Source: Bacteroidia bacterium
Lineage (GTDB): Bacteria; Bacteroidota; Bacteroidia; M30B66
Direction of reading: 5' to 3'
Assembly: GCA_965279035.1 (NCBI GenBank)
Contig: OZ257142.1
Coordinates: 3,744,001-3,808,000 of the forward strand
DNA: 64,000 nucleotides
Each line of letters starts with the position of its first letter. The stretch's first letter is position 1. The notes beneath the pieces were generated by a model, which had not been told where the DNA came from, searched no databases, and saw only the letters and a program-made list of their open reading frames with translations. Position numbers and translations under genes: made by a program. Shown piece by piece: positions 1 through 9,807 of this stretch.

Positions 1-238
1 CTACAATCACAGCATTCTTTTTGGCAGCCATGCTTTGCATCCATTGCATTGCTTCACCGCCCATTTCTTCGGCTTGTTGAGGAGCATTCATGCTAAATCC
101 CGTTGTAAACATTTCGGGAAGAACGATGAGATCGGGATGACCAATAATCAGTTCTAATCTCTTTTCAAGCCAGTCGAGATTTTGGTTACGATCCTGCCAA
201 AACAATCGCGTTTGAACCATGCTGATTGCTAAATTCAT
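1..238 (-). CDS. Nitrilase-family amidohydrolase (YafV/omega-amidase-like), 5' part only; runs off the window edge
   Basis: Hand translation of the minus strand from ATG at 238 gives MNLAISMVQTRLFWQD...DLIVLPEMFTTGFSM, the nitrilase-family PEMF motif. It lies directly downstream of the YbdL-like aminotransferase, a known pairing. Confidence 0.85.
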   Translation of the reverse strand, partial: MNLAISMVQTRLFWQDRNQNLDWLEKRLELIIGHPDLIVLPEMFTTGFSMNAPQQAEEMGGEAMQWMQSMAAKKNAVIV

Positions 239-241
239 AGA

Positions 242-1399
242 CTAAATTTTTAACAATTTTTCAGCAGCTTTTTCCAACTCATCCTGCTCTTTTGCAAAAC
301 AAAACCGTAGCAATTTATTGTCGATTACTTTGTGATAAAACACAGAAACCGGAATGGATGCAACACCATGTTCTATGGTTAATCGACGAGCAAAATCAAC
401 ATCTTTTTCCTGAGAGATTGCGCTATAATTTAAAAGTTGAAAATAGGTTCCGGCTGATGGCATAAAACTGAATCGTGAACCTTCAAATAGACGTAGAAAG
501 AAATCGCGTTTTTCCTGATAAAATGCAGGTAAATGAAGATATCGTTCTTTCTCCTTTAAGAACTCTGCATAAGCATACTGAATGGGAGTATTGACCGAAA
601 ACACTAAGTATTGATGCACTTTCCGAAATTCAACCATCAAATTAGCAGGTGCTAAACAATAGCCCAGTTTCCAACCGGTTGTATGATAGGTTTTTCCAAA
701 GGAGGAAACAATCACTGAACGCTGAGCCAGCTTTGGAAAACGAGCGACACTTTGATGTTCAAATCCATCAAATAAAATATGCTCATACACTTCATCACTC
801 AAAATTATGATGTCGGTATTCTGAGTGAGTTTCTCTAAACGTTGAATGTCGGCTGCATTGAGAAAACTCCCGGTAGGATTATGCGGTGTATTGATAATGA
901 TCATCCGAGTTCGGGGATTGATCAGCTTTTGAAATTCATTCCAATTGATCTTGAACGTTTGAGGATCCAACTGAAAGAAAACAGCTTTTCCACCAGCCAT
1001 TTCAATGGCAGGAAGATAACTATCATATGCAGGTTCAATGATAATGACTTCTTCTCCTTCTCTAACCAATGCATTAATTGCCGTGTACAATGCCTGAGTT
1101 GCTCCTGCTGTAATGGTAATCTCTGTTTCCGGATCATACACCATACTATACATTTCTTCAGTCTTGATCGCAATGGCTTCGCGCAATTCGGGAATTCCCG
1201 GCATAGGAGCGTATTGATTTTGGGCTCTTCTTAAGTGCTTTTCAACTAACGAAATTAAATCGGGCGAACAATCAAATCCTGGAAATCCTTGTGAAAGGTT
1301 AATTGCATTGTGTTCGCGTGCAAGCTTGGTCATTACGGCAAAAATGGACGTTTGTACCGCAGGTAATTTTGAATGTATAGTAGAGGAATACTTAGGCAT
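242..1399 (-). CDS. PLP-dependent methionine/kynurenine aminotransferase (YbdL-like, class I/II)
   Basis: Motifs AINLSQGFP, NTPHNPTG, SDEVYEH, SSFGKTYHTTGWKLGY. Start moved to MPKYSS (1399). Confidence 0.9.
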   Translation of the reverse strand: MPKYSSTIHSKLPAVQTSIFAVMTKLAREHNAINLSQGFPGFDCSPDLISLVEKHLRRAQNQYAPMPGIPELREAIAIKTEEMYSMVYDPETEITITAGATQALYTAINALVREGEEVIIIEPAYDSYLPAIEMAGGKAVFFQLDPQTFKINWNEFQKLINPRTRMIIINTPHNPTGSFLNAADIQRLEKLTQNTDIIILSDEVYEHILFDGFEHQSVARFPKLAQRSVIVSSFGKTYHTTGWKLGYCLAPANLMVEFRKVHQYLVFSVNTPIQYAYAEFLKEKERYLHLPAFYQEKRDFFLRLFEGSRFSFMPSAGTYFQLLNYSAISQEKDVDFARRLTIEHGVASIPVSVFYHKVIDNKLLRFCFAKEQDELEKAAEKLLKI

Positions 1400-1545
1400 G
1401 AAGAGATATCTGGAAAAACAAAAATAGCGAAGCTTCATCTAGAACGAAGTAGCGAAAGCTTGTTAAATCCTATTAATTTTAAACACGAGTTCTATGTATG
1501 TGGCTTTTAACTGTACTTTTATCGGATAAATCAAACCTTTTATAC

Positions 1546-2064
1546 ATGACGATTGACGATAAAATGGTTGTTTCGGTAAACTACCGTCTTACTGTAAGCA
1601 GCGATGGATCTTCACAAGAAGACCTCGTAGAAGAAACCAATTCAGAACAACCGTTCGTATTTCTTTTTGGGTCAGGTGGACTACTTGAAGAATTCGAAAA
1701 CAACCTGCGCGGATTAAAAAACGGCGATTCATTTGATTTTGTTATCAAATCAGAAAACGGTTACGGTGTAAATAACGATGAGAATATAGTGCAGATTCCA
1801 ATGGCTGCTTTTGTTGGTGAAGGCGAAGAGCTCGACCGCGAAATGGTTAGTCCAGGAAATTTTCTTCCGATGGTTGATGACCGTGGAAATCAAATGCAAG
1901 GATTGGTCTTAGCAGTTAACGAAGATCATATTGTGATGGATTTCAATCATCCTTTGGCAGGTAAAGACTTGCATTTTATAGGAAGTGTAAATGAGATCCG
2001 TAGCGCTACTGTCGAAGAACTTGCTCATGGCCATGTTCATGGAGAAGGTGGTCATCATCATTAA
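1546..2064 (+). CDS. slyD: FKBP-type peptidyl-prolyl isomerase, SlyD
   Basis: DFNHPLAGKDLHF motif and His-rich tail HGHVHGEGGHHH. Start at MTIDDK. Confidence 0.92.
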   Translation: MTIDDKMVVSVNYRLTVSSDGSSQEDLVEETNSEQPFVFLFGSGGLLEEFENNLRGLKNGDSFDFVIKSENGYGVNNDENIVQIPMAAFVGEGEELDREMVSPGNFLPMVDDRGNQMQGLVLAVNEDHIVMDFNHPLAGKDLHFIGSVNEIRSATVEELAHGHVHGEGGHHH

Positions 2065-2084
2065 TTCATTAGAATAAAAATCAA

Positions 2085-2116
2085 AAAGCCCGGTTCATGA
2101 AGATGTTCCGGGCTTT
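2085..2116. terminator. Probable bidirectional intrinsic terminator between slyD and the MarR gene
   Basis: AAAGCCCGG / CCGGGCTTT inverted repeat between convergent genes. Confidence 0.65.
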
Positions 2117-2168
2117 ATATTTTAGGACTTATCAGTCAAGTTTAAATCAAGGTTCGATGTGTTTGGGA

Positions 2169-2636
2169 TCAGCGAATTTTAATGCTTGATTCTCTGCCTT
2201 TATCTAATAAATGATTGAGCATAACAGCCTCTTCAATCGTTAAGGAATTCACTCCGAAAAAAAACTCGTCTTCTATTAAGTCAATTTTAGCTAGCAAATC
2301 CAATCCTTCTTTTGAAATTTTCACATCAACTGCACGTCTATCAATTGAACTTACTGAGCGTTCAACTAGATTTTTCGACCTTAATTTTTCCACAATTCGG
2401 GAAGCATTCGAGGCTTTATCAATCATTCGATTAATTAAATCATTTACAGTTGTTGCTTTGGGATGCTGACCGCGAAGGATGCGCAAAACATTGAATTGAG
2501 GTGTTGTCAACCCAAATTTCTTTAACACTTGTAAATGATGATGATTAATACAGCTTACTGTATACATCAAATTAATCGATGCTTTTTGATATTCCGTTTT
2601 AAACTTCGACTGGTGTACTTCATTTTCGATTCCCAT
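2169..2636 (-). CDS. MarR-family transcriptional regulator
   Basis: GLTTPQFNVLRILRG, SNASRIVEKL, DRRAVDVKIS winged-helix signature. Confidence 0.9.
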   Translation of the reverse strand: MGIENEVHQSKFKTEYQKASINLMYTVSCINHHHLQVLKKFGLTTPQFNVLRILRGQHPKATTVNDLINRMIDKASNASRIVEKLRSKNLVERSVSSIDRRAVDVKISKEGLDLLAKIDLIEDEFFFGVNSLTIEEAVMLNHLLDKGRESSIKIR

Positions 2637-2718
2637 AAAAACAAATTTATGTAATCACATTAAATGTACCTACATCAGTGAGATTTTTTATATCAATTCA
2701 AGTATTATCAAATGAATA

Positions 2719-4113
2719 TCAGTTCTTTATAAATGATTTAGTTGATAAACCATCTTGTCCTGCGATACGGATTAGATAATATCCTGCTTCCAAGTTCTGA
2801 ATATTTATTGGATTTAAATCCGAACCAGTCAAGCTGCCATTCAATAAACATTTACCCGAAATATCATAAATAGAATAAGTGTTTGCATTTTTAAAATTGC
2901 TTCTTAACATCACCTCAGTATTGGCCGGATTAGGATACAAGCTAATTTCTGAACTGCTTACATCAGACATTCCTGATATATCTACAAAATTCAAAAATTC
3001 ACGTCTATAATTATTCTGTAATGACAAGTTGTTATTGTTCCAGTTTTGAGCTTCAATTGTTATCAAACGAGATTCACCATCATAGGAATTCGTATAAGAA
3101 AAGAAATCTGATATGGTCCACGTAGAACCATCAAATGTTTCGTATTTGTCGATTATTATATTTTCAAAAGCATCGTATTCTATTGTTGTTCGATTACCAT
3201 CAGTCCAACTTTCACCATCCGAAGTTTCTACTAAAACAAACGAATTAAGACCATCCATTGTAGTTGTTTGTCTCTCCGAATTAATCCAATTAGGATCAAT
3301 GAAATTCTGAAGTATGTAATTGGCTGGTTCAATTTCAATTAAAATAAGTCCTTCGCCAGTCCAAACGATATCAATTGCCCGTTGATTTAAAACCCAAGAA
3401 CTTCCATTCCATGAATACAAATAAATAGTATCAGGTAAAACAGCAGATGAAGAATAAGCACAGTTAAACTTCAAATAATTTTCTAATACGCCAGGAGTAA
3501 CATTGGCCAAACGAAGTACAATTTCATCTAACTTGTTCTCAGGTGTATATGTTAAATTATAATCTGAGTAAGCAACCCAAGAACTATTCGTATAATCATA
3601 CGTCTCATAAGTTGCTGAATTGAGATTAGCACCTGTGTATAAATCAACTCGTCGTTGCCCATCATTCAACACCCAATTGCTTCCATCCCAAGAATATCCT
3701 TCATAACCTGTTTCTACTCCATTTGCTGAGTAAAGCGTTACTTGTTTTGAAACAAAATCATAATTACTTCCATTCCAATTTTCATACACAGTTGTTTCTA
3801 TATCTCCTGCAGCATTGTATGTATAACTAATACGCTGATCCGTTTGAGATATTGATTCATAATTCTCCAAACTTTGAGTTAATTTGGAATTATCATAACT
3901 ATAATCATTCGTATTGATCAGAGTCCAAGTTGATCCTTTTGAATCCCATTCGGAATAACGCTCTTGTCCTGGTCGCCAATCGGGAACTGATCGATCATGT
4001 GTTTTACGTATCGTGTTTTTAACAGCTAAAGGACTAACTTCCCGATTTTGGGATTGCGAATACAGCGTCAATGATGAAACTGAAATAAGAGCGATTAGTA
4101 GAGAATTTTTCAT
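2719..4113 (-). CDS. T9SS type A sorted protein with repeated Y-x-W-x-G-x-x-W units
   Basis: Signal peptide; recurring WDGSNW/WNGSSW-like motifs; C-terminal ISLYPNPA...GYYLIRI...KSFIK sorting domain. Confidence 0.8.
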   Translation of the reverse strand: MKNSLLIALISVSSLTLYSQSQNREVSPLAVKNTIRKTHDRSVPDWRPGQERYSEWDSKGSTWTLINTNDYSYDNSKLTQSLENYESISQTDQRISYTYNAAGDIETTVYENWNGSNYDFVSKQVTLYSANGVETGYEGYSWDGSNWVLNDGQRRVDLYTGANLNSATYETYDYTNSSWVAYSDYNLTYTPENKLDEIVLRLANVTPGVLENYLKFNCAYSSSAVLPDTIYLYSWNGSSWVLNQRAIDIVWTGEGLILIEIEPANYILQNFIDPNWINSERQTTTMDGLNSFVLVETSDGESWTDGNRTTIEYDAFENIIIDKYETFDGSTWTISDFFSYTNSYDGESRLITIEAQNWNNNNLSLQNNYRREFLNFVDISGMSDVSSSEISLYPNPANTEVMLRSNFKNANTYSIYDISGKCLLNGSLTGSDLNPINIQNLEAGYYLIRIAGQDGLSTKSFIKN

Positions 4114-4191
4114 AAGAATGGGTTTATGAAACAAATCTAATAAGCTAATTGGAAGTATTTCTATTTATAGGTAATAAACTCTAACATAACG

Positions 4192-5172
4192 CTATTTCAC
4201 ATTATTACTCCCAGCCACTTCGGCTTGATACCCAATACTATTCAACCATTCTGTATAGGAATCGGTAAAACCATGGTTGACAATAATCCGACTCGCTCCA
4301 CTTTCTTTCACTGCAATATTCAGTGATGGCCAATCAGCATGGTCCGAAAGTACAAATCCACGGTCGGCAGTTCCCATTCGTTTGGCTCCTCCAATGCCCA
4401 TCCAACCCGAAGCAACACCTAAAGAATATGGTTCTAATTGTTGCATCATGGGAGAATCGGACGAAATAAATGGTGTCATGACCAGTGCATTCCGAAATTC
4501 ACTCGAAGCTTGTCCTTGCTTTAAAACGCGCGTTTGTGGTAATTTAAATCCACTTGCACGAAGAACTTCATTGGTATTTTCGATTGCTTCATGAGCGTAA
4601 ACAGGACCAATCGACTGATCCAAATGAAACAACAAGCGCTGCGATTTCCCTAAGGAATATCCGTGCATTAAACTACAAATTCCTTGAGCTGCATTATTTT
4701 TCCACCAAGCATGTATTTCATCAAACACCTGAGCCTGCGATTTCCAACGATAAACAGGCAATCCAAAGGTTGATTCAGTAATAAAAACATCGCACTTGAC
4801 CGATTCAAATGCAGGAGAAAATCCATCATCCTCCAATTTATAGTCACCAGAATACACCCAAACTTCTCCTTTATATTCCACCCGAATTTGTGCGGAGCCA
4901 ATGGTATGTCCTGCCGGATGAAAGGAAAATTTCACTCCATTTATCATAATAGGTTCACCATATCCAATCGTTTCCAAGGGAAGATTTTTCCCCAAACGCA
5001 ATCGTAAAACTTCCGCCGAATCATGATGTGCCAAATACCCCAAAGAACCACCTCGTGCATGATCGCTATGCGCATGACTAATCAATGCTTTCTCAACCTT
5101 CCGCATTGGATCGAGGTAAACACCAGCTGGCGGACAATAAATCCCTTTCTCGTTAAACTGCAATAAATCCAT
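4192..5172 (-). CDS. Ligase-associated DNA damage response exonuclease (MBL-fold/beta-CASP)
   Basis: SHAHSDH, HPAGHTIGSAQ, ITESTFGLP, GYSLGK, LSDHADW motifs. Confidence 0.88.
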   Translation of the reverse strand: MDLLQFNEKGIYCPPAGVYLDPMRKVEKALISHAHSDHARGGSLGYLAHHDSAEVLRLRLGKNLPLETIGYGEPIMINGVKFSFHPAGHTIGSAQIRVEYKGEVWVYSGDYKLEDDGFSPAFESVKCDVFITESTFGLPVYRWKSQAQVFDEIHAWWKNNAAQGICSLMHGYSLGKSQRLLFHLDQSIGPVYAHEAIENTNEVLRASGFKLPQTRVLKQGQASSEFRNALVMTPFISSDSPMMQQLEPYSLGVASGWMGIGGAKRMGTADRGFVLSDHADWPSLNIAVKESGASRIIVNHGFTDSYTEWLNSIGYQAEVAGSNNVK

Positions 5173-5231
5173 TCCGACGTAACATTACAAAAAACACGCG
5201 TCGATATTGATTCGAAATGTATTTTTGAGCT

Positions 5232-5633
5232 ATGAATAAAATCGAACATCTCGGCATTGCCGTTCGCGAACTTTCCAAAGCGCAAGAACTCTTCAACCTT
5301 CTTTTAGGAAAGGAATCCTATAAAGTTGAAAGCGTAGAACGCGAAAAAGTCAATACGTTATTTTACCAATTGGGTGAAAGTAAAATCGAACTGCTCGAAA
5401 GCACTGATCCCGATGGAACCATTGCAAAATTCATCGAAAAACGTGGCGAAGGTTTTCATCATGTTGCTTTTTCTGTCGATAATCTTCGAGAAGAAATGAC
5501 ACGACTTAAAAATGCAGGTTTTGAACTTTTAAATGATGAACCTAAAACAGGAGCCGACAATAAGATCATTTGCTTTCTTCACCCAAGATCAACAGGTGGA
5601 CTTTTAGTAGAACTTTGTCAGGACCTAGCCTAA
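5232..5633 (+). CDS. mce: Methylmalonyl-CoA epimerase
   Basis: IEHLGIAV, KIELLE, GEGFHHVAF, FLHPRSTGGLLVELCQ. Confidence 0.92.
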   Translation: MNKIEHLGIAVRELSKAQELFNLLLGKESYKVESVEREKVNTLFYQLGESKIELLESTDPDGTIAKFIEKRGEGFHHVAFSVDNLREEMTRLKNAGFELLNDEPKTGADNKIICFLHPRSTGGLLVELCQDLA

Positions 5634-5716
5634 AATATCCCACAACATAATACCTAAGAGGTAAGATTAATTCAGGGAATTCTTCTAATTTTCCGACCTC
5701 ACCTGACCAATGCATC

Positions 5717-7006
5717 ATGAAATATCAAGCAATCGATTCTGCACTGTATATTGAAAACCGACGTCGCTTTACTGCGAAGATGAAACCGAATAGCATCGCC
5801 GTTTTTGTATCGAACGATGAAATGCCACGTAGTGCAGATGCAACTTATTTCTGGAGACAAAATCCCGATTTGTTTTATTTATCTGGCATCGATCAGGAAC
5901 AAACCATCCTCATTCTCTTTCCCGATTGCCCCAATCCTAAAATGCGGGAAGTTTTATTCTTACGTAAAACCAACGAACATATTGCCGTTTGGGAAGGACA
6001 TAAATACACCAAAGAAGAAGGCAAAGCAGCATCGGGTATCGAAAATATCCTTTGGACAGAAAGTTTCGAATCGACCTTTCATGTCTTGATGACCTATGCC
6101 AATACAATATACTTAAATCAGAACGATCACGATCGGGCAAGTACCCTTGTTCCTTATAACGAATTACGTTTTGCACAAGAAGTTCAATCTAAATATCCGC
6201 TTCATCACATCGAACGGAGTTCACCCATTATGCATGCACTTCGAGCTATCAAATCACCTCTCGAAGTGGCTTCCATGCAAACTGCCTGTAACATCACCGA
6301 GAAAGCCTTACGTCGTGTTTTAGGCTTTGTAAAACCAGGTGTTTGGGAACATGAAATCGAAGCAGAAATTATTCATGAATTCATCCGCAACCGCGCAACA
6401 GGTCATGCTTACAACCCGATTATTGCTTCAGGACCATCGGCCTGTGTTTTACATTATGTAGAAAATAACCGTCAATGCAAAGCGGGCGATGTAATTCTTC
6501 TCGATTTTGGTTCTGAATACGGCAATTACAACTCTGACCTTTCGCGCAGCATACCTGTAAGTGGACGATTTACGACTCGTCAACGTGCAGTGTACGATGC
6601 CGTTTTACGCGTAATGAAATTTGCAACCAAACTTCTTCGTCCCGGAACTCAGTATGAAGAATATGTTTCGCAAGTTGGACTCGCTATGGAAGAGGAATTA
6701 ATTCAACTTGGTTTGTTGAATGCTGCTGAAGTGAAAAATCAAAACCCCGATTCTCCTTTATACAAGAAATACTTCATGCATGGCGTTTCACATTACCTCG
6801 GACTCGATGTGCATGATGTGGGTTATCGCTATGCGCAATTTCAAGCAGGAATGGTGTTCACCTGCGAACCCGGTATTTATATTCCTGAAGAAGGTTTAGG
6901 TATTCGTCTCGAAAACAACATCCTTCTTACCGATGGTGGAAACATCGACCTCATGGCAAACATTCCACTCGAAGCTGAAGAAATTGAAGATTTGATGAAT
7001 CATTGA
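5717..7006 (+). CDS. Xaa-Pro aminopeptidase (M24B)
   Basis: AMP_N domain; CVLHY, DFG, DLSR, HGVSHYLGLDVHD, TCEPGIY, GIRLENNI. Confidence 0.92.
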   Translation: MKYQAIDSALYIENRRRFTAKMKPNSIAVFVSNDEMPRSADATYFWRQNPDLFYLSGIDQEQTILILFPDCPNPKMREVLFLRKTNEHIAVWEGHKYTKEEGKAASGIENILWTESFESTFHVLMTYANTIYLNQNDHDRASTLVPYNELRFAQEVQSKYPLHHIERSSPIMHALRAIKSPLEVASMQTACNITEKALRRVLGFVKPGVWEHEIEAEIIHEFIRNRATGHAYNPIIASGPSACVLHYVENNRQCKAGDVILLDFGSEYGNYNSDLSRSIPVSGRFTTRQRAVYDAVLRVMKFATKLLRPGTQYEEYVSQVGLAMEEELIQLGLLNAAEVKNQNPDSPLYKKYFMHGVSHYLGLDVHDVGYRYAQFQAGMVFTCEPGIYIPEEGLGIRLENNILLTDGGNIDLMANIPLEAEEIEDLMNH

Positions 7007-8212
7007 TCAATATTCTTGATCCCCTTTTAGGTAATTCGGATAACGGATTGAATGTACTTTTTTCACTTCCTCCATAAGTAATTTACGGAAGGGTTCAATA
7101 TTCTCTTTTTCAGTTGCTGAAATAAAAATGGCTGGTGCATTATTCTTTGCCATCCAGCTTCGCTTCCAATCTTCCAATGAGAAATTCTCTCTCAAAATCG
7201 GCGAAAGATCATCTTCATCTTTCTTCACATACGAAAACGCATCAATCTTATTAAACACCATAATGATGGGCTTATCCATGCTTTTGATATCAGTCAAGGT
7301 TTCATTCACAGCTGCGATATGATCTTCAAAACTAGCATGCGAAATATCCACCACATGAATCAAAATATCGGCTTCTCGCACCTCGTCGAGCGTAGATTTG
7401 AACGATTCAATTAATTGTGTAGGTAGCTTCCGAATAAATCCAACTGTATCGGAAAGTAAAAACGGAATGTTCTCCAAAACTACTTTCCTCACTGTAGTAT
7501 CTAAGGTTGCAAACAGTTTATTCTCTGCAAACACGTCCGATTTACTCAACATGTTCATGATCGTACTCTTGCCTACATTGGTATAACCAACCAAAGCAAC
7601 ACGTACCAACTCGCCCCTACTCTTGCGCTGCGTAGCCATCTGCTTGTCGATATCCCGCAAACGCTCTTTCAACTTGGCAATCTTATCTTGAATAATCCTA
7701 CGGTCGGTCTCAATCTGACTTTCTCCTGGACCACGCATCCCAATTCCTCCTTTTTGACGTTCCAAGTGCGTCCACATACGCGTCAATCGTGGTAGCAAAT
7801 ATTGATATTGAGCAAGCTCTACTTGAGTTTTAGCGTGTGATGTCCGTGCTCGTCCAGCAAAAATATCAAGAATCAGATTATTCCGATCCATCACTTTGAT
7901 CTTCGCTTCTCGTTCAATATTTCGAAGCTGCGAAGGCGATAATTCATCATCGAAAATGATCAAATCAATCTCGTTGGCTTCAACATATTCCAATATCTGC
8001 TGCAGTTTACCACTTCCCAAAAACGTCTTGCTATCAGGACGATCCATCTTTTGTGTGAACCGTTTCACAGGAATCGCCCCAGCTGTTTCTGTTAAAAATT
8101 CAAGCTCATCTAAATATTCATCTAGCAGCTCTTCACTTTGATTTCGCGTAACTAAACCAACAAGCACTGCTCGTTCAGGTTTTTTATTGGGATTATAGGG
8201 AGTTTTCGACAC
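7007..8212 (-). CDS. hflX: Ribosome-splitting GTPase HflX
   Basis: ELSPSQLRN, QVELAQ, GMRGPGE, GYTNVGKS, LFATLD, DTVGFI, NKID. The probable start is GTG at 8212, just after a TACCTTTG promoter box; the ORF track starts at 8245. Confidence 0.95.
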   Translation of the reverse strand: MSKTPYNPNKKPERAVLVGLVTRNQSEELLDEYLDELEFLTETAGAIPVKRFTQKMDRPDSKTFLGSGKLQQILEYVEANEIDLIIFDDELSPSQLRNIEREAKIKVMDRNNLILDIFAGRARTSHAKTQVELAQYQYLLPRLTRMWTHLERQKGGIGMRGPGESQIETDRRIIQDKIAKLKERLRDIDKQMATQRKSRGELVRVALVGYTNVGKSTIMNMLSKSDVFAENKLFATLDTTVRKVVLENIPFLLSDTVGFIRKLPTQLIESFKSTLDEVREADILIHVVDISHASFEDHIAAVNETLTDIKSMDKPIIMVFNKIDAFSYVKKDEDDLSPILRENFSLEDWKRSWMAKNNAPAIFISATEKENIEPFRKLLMEEVKKVHSIRYPNYLKGDQEY

Positions 8213-8244
8213 AGGCAGCAAAGGTAACAAAATAGCGGGTTTCA

Positions 8245-8354
8245 TTGGGCGTGCCCACTATGTGGTCGTGTCTTCGCCTCATAGTCCTATCGTGAGCCAT
8301 AGCCTTGGCGAAGGCTCACGATGCGGGCTAGTTCCGGCTCAACCACTCACGCAA
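8245..8354 (-). ncRNA. Flavo-1-like structured RNA/repeat, copy A
   Basis: Minus strand reads TTGCGTGAGTGG...ACACGACC-hairpin-GGGCACGCCCAA, the same architecture as the copies at 23591 and 54884. Family name recalled from memory, not searched. Confidence 0.6.
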
Positions 8355-8775
8355 GCTTTTGGGTACTATAGTCCATGGTATCCAAATCGAAAATCCAAGA
8401 CTCAATGCCGCATCACACTCTAGTTCAACTAAATAAACCCTCAAACTTACCAACAGGCTGGTTAATAACTAGCCGTTATTAAACGTTTATCATCGGGTAG
8501 CTATGCCAGATTTTCTTTTTCTTTCAGCCGGTGGGTGGCTCGTGGTCGGCCTCCCGCGAGCGTGAGGACTTTTTGAGTATTGACAGCCTCTTGCGAAGAT
8601 TTTATTTTTTAGATTCTTTCAAATTCGATCAAAAATTCCTTATTCCCTTATTCCTTAATTTTGAAATTCTTTACCAATAATGTGTAAAGCCTTGGTTTAG
8701 AACATACTTTAATTTTATCTAAGCAAAACAAGCAATCTCCTTTCCCGTTAATTTAGCCATCTACCCTTCCTGATT

Positions 8776-9381
8776 ATGGCTGTTCCTCAAATGCTTCCAC
8801 TTTTTCCTTTGGGTGTTGTTGTGCTCCCTGGCGAAGAATTTTACTTACATATTTTCGAACCTCGTTACAAACAACTCATCGAAGAAGCACGCGATAAAGA
8901 AATTCGCTTCGGAATTCCATTTGTAAAAAACGGACAAATGAAAGAATTCGGTACGGTTGTTAAATTGAAAACCATCTTTTCTGTTTATCCCGATGGTGAA
9001 ATGGATATTTCTGTTTTAGGAGAATCGATCTTCGAAGTTCAAGAACTCATCTCACCTTATCCCGAAAAACTTTATAATGGAGGAATTTGTTGGGTAACTC
9101 CTATCGAACAAGCCGAAAAAAAAGACCTGCTTCGCGTTCGTCCACTTTTACTCGAATACCTTCAATTAAAAAAAGGTGAACCTGTAAAACTTAATCCCGA
9201 TCGACCAATTACAAGTTTCGATGCGGCCATTTTACTAAATCTTCCACCTGAACAAAAATACCTTCTTATTCAACTTCCATCTGAAAAAGAACGTATCATT
9301 TGGCTTCTGAATGAACTCAAAATCCTGCTTCAATCCAGAAAAATGGAAATCCAGTTGCAACAAAATTATTTATTCAACTGA
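8776..9381 (+). CDS. Lon protease substrate-binding (N-terminal) domain protein
   Basis: LPLFPLGVVVLPGE...LHIFEPRYKQLI; no ATPase or protease domain. Confidence 0.88.
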   Translation: MAVPQMLPLFPLGVVVLPGEEFYLHIFEPRYKQLIEEARDKEIRFGIPFVKNGQMKEFGTVVKLKTIFSVYPDGEMDISVLGESIFEVQELISPYPEKLYNGGICWVTPIEQAEKKDLLRVRPLLLEYLQLKKGEPVKLNPDRPITSFDAAILLNLPPEQKYLLIQLPSEKERIIWLLNELKILLQSRKMEIQLQQNYLFN

Positions 9382-9464
9382 TTTTTTCTAAAAACCTGCT
9401 TGTGTTTGTCCGAAAGATTTTCTTTCTTTGCGCCCCTCAAATAAATATCAAAACCGAATAGGTT

Positions 9465-9698
9465 ATGTCAAAAGTTTGTCAGTTGACCGGAAAGCACGCG
9501 ATGTCAGGAAATAATGTTTCCTTCTCTAACCGTAAAACTAAACGCCGTTTCAACCCGAATCTGGTTACTAAAAAATTCTTCATCCCAGAAGAGAATGCTT
9601 GGATTACTATCCGTCTTTCTACATCTGCCTTAAAAACAATCGATAAAATTGGTATTTCTGCTGCTTTAAAACGCATGGAAACCAAAGGAGAATTATAA
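9465..9698 (+). CDS. rpmB: 50S ribosomal protein L28
   Basis: MSKVCQLTGK...GNNVSFSNRKTKRRFNPNL...KTIDKIG. Confidence 0.97.
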   Translation: MSKVCQLTGKHAMSGNNVSFSNRKTKRRFNPNLVTKKFFIPEENAWITIRLSTSALKTIDKIGISAALKRMETKGEL

Positions 9699-9723
9699 TA
9701 TTCAACCCTTTTTTGTTCTCTTT

Positions 9724-9752
9724 AAAACGCCACCTCAACAGGGTGGCGTTTT
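9724..9752 (+). terminator. Intrinsic terminator after rpmB
   Basis: AAAACGCCACC / GGTGGCGTTTT stem followed by a T-rich run. Confidence 0.75.
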
Positions 9753-9807
9753 CTTTTCCATTTCCCGTAATCCTTTATTAAATCCGCATTGCGCTTTATA
9801 TTGCGAA

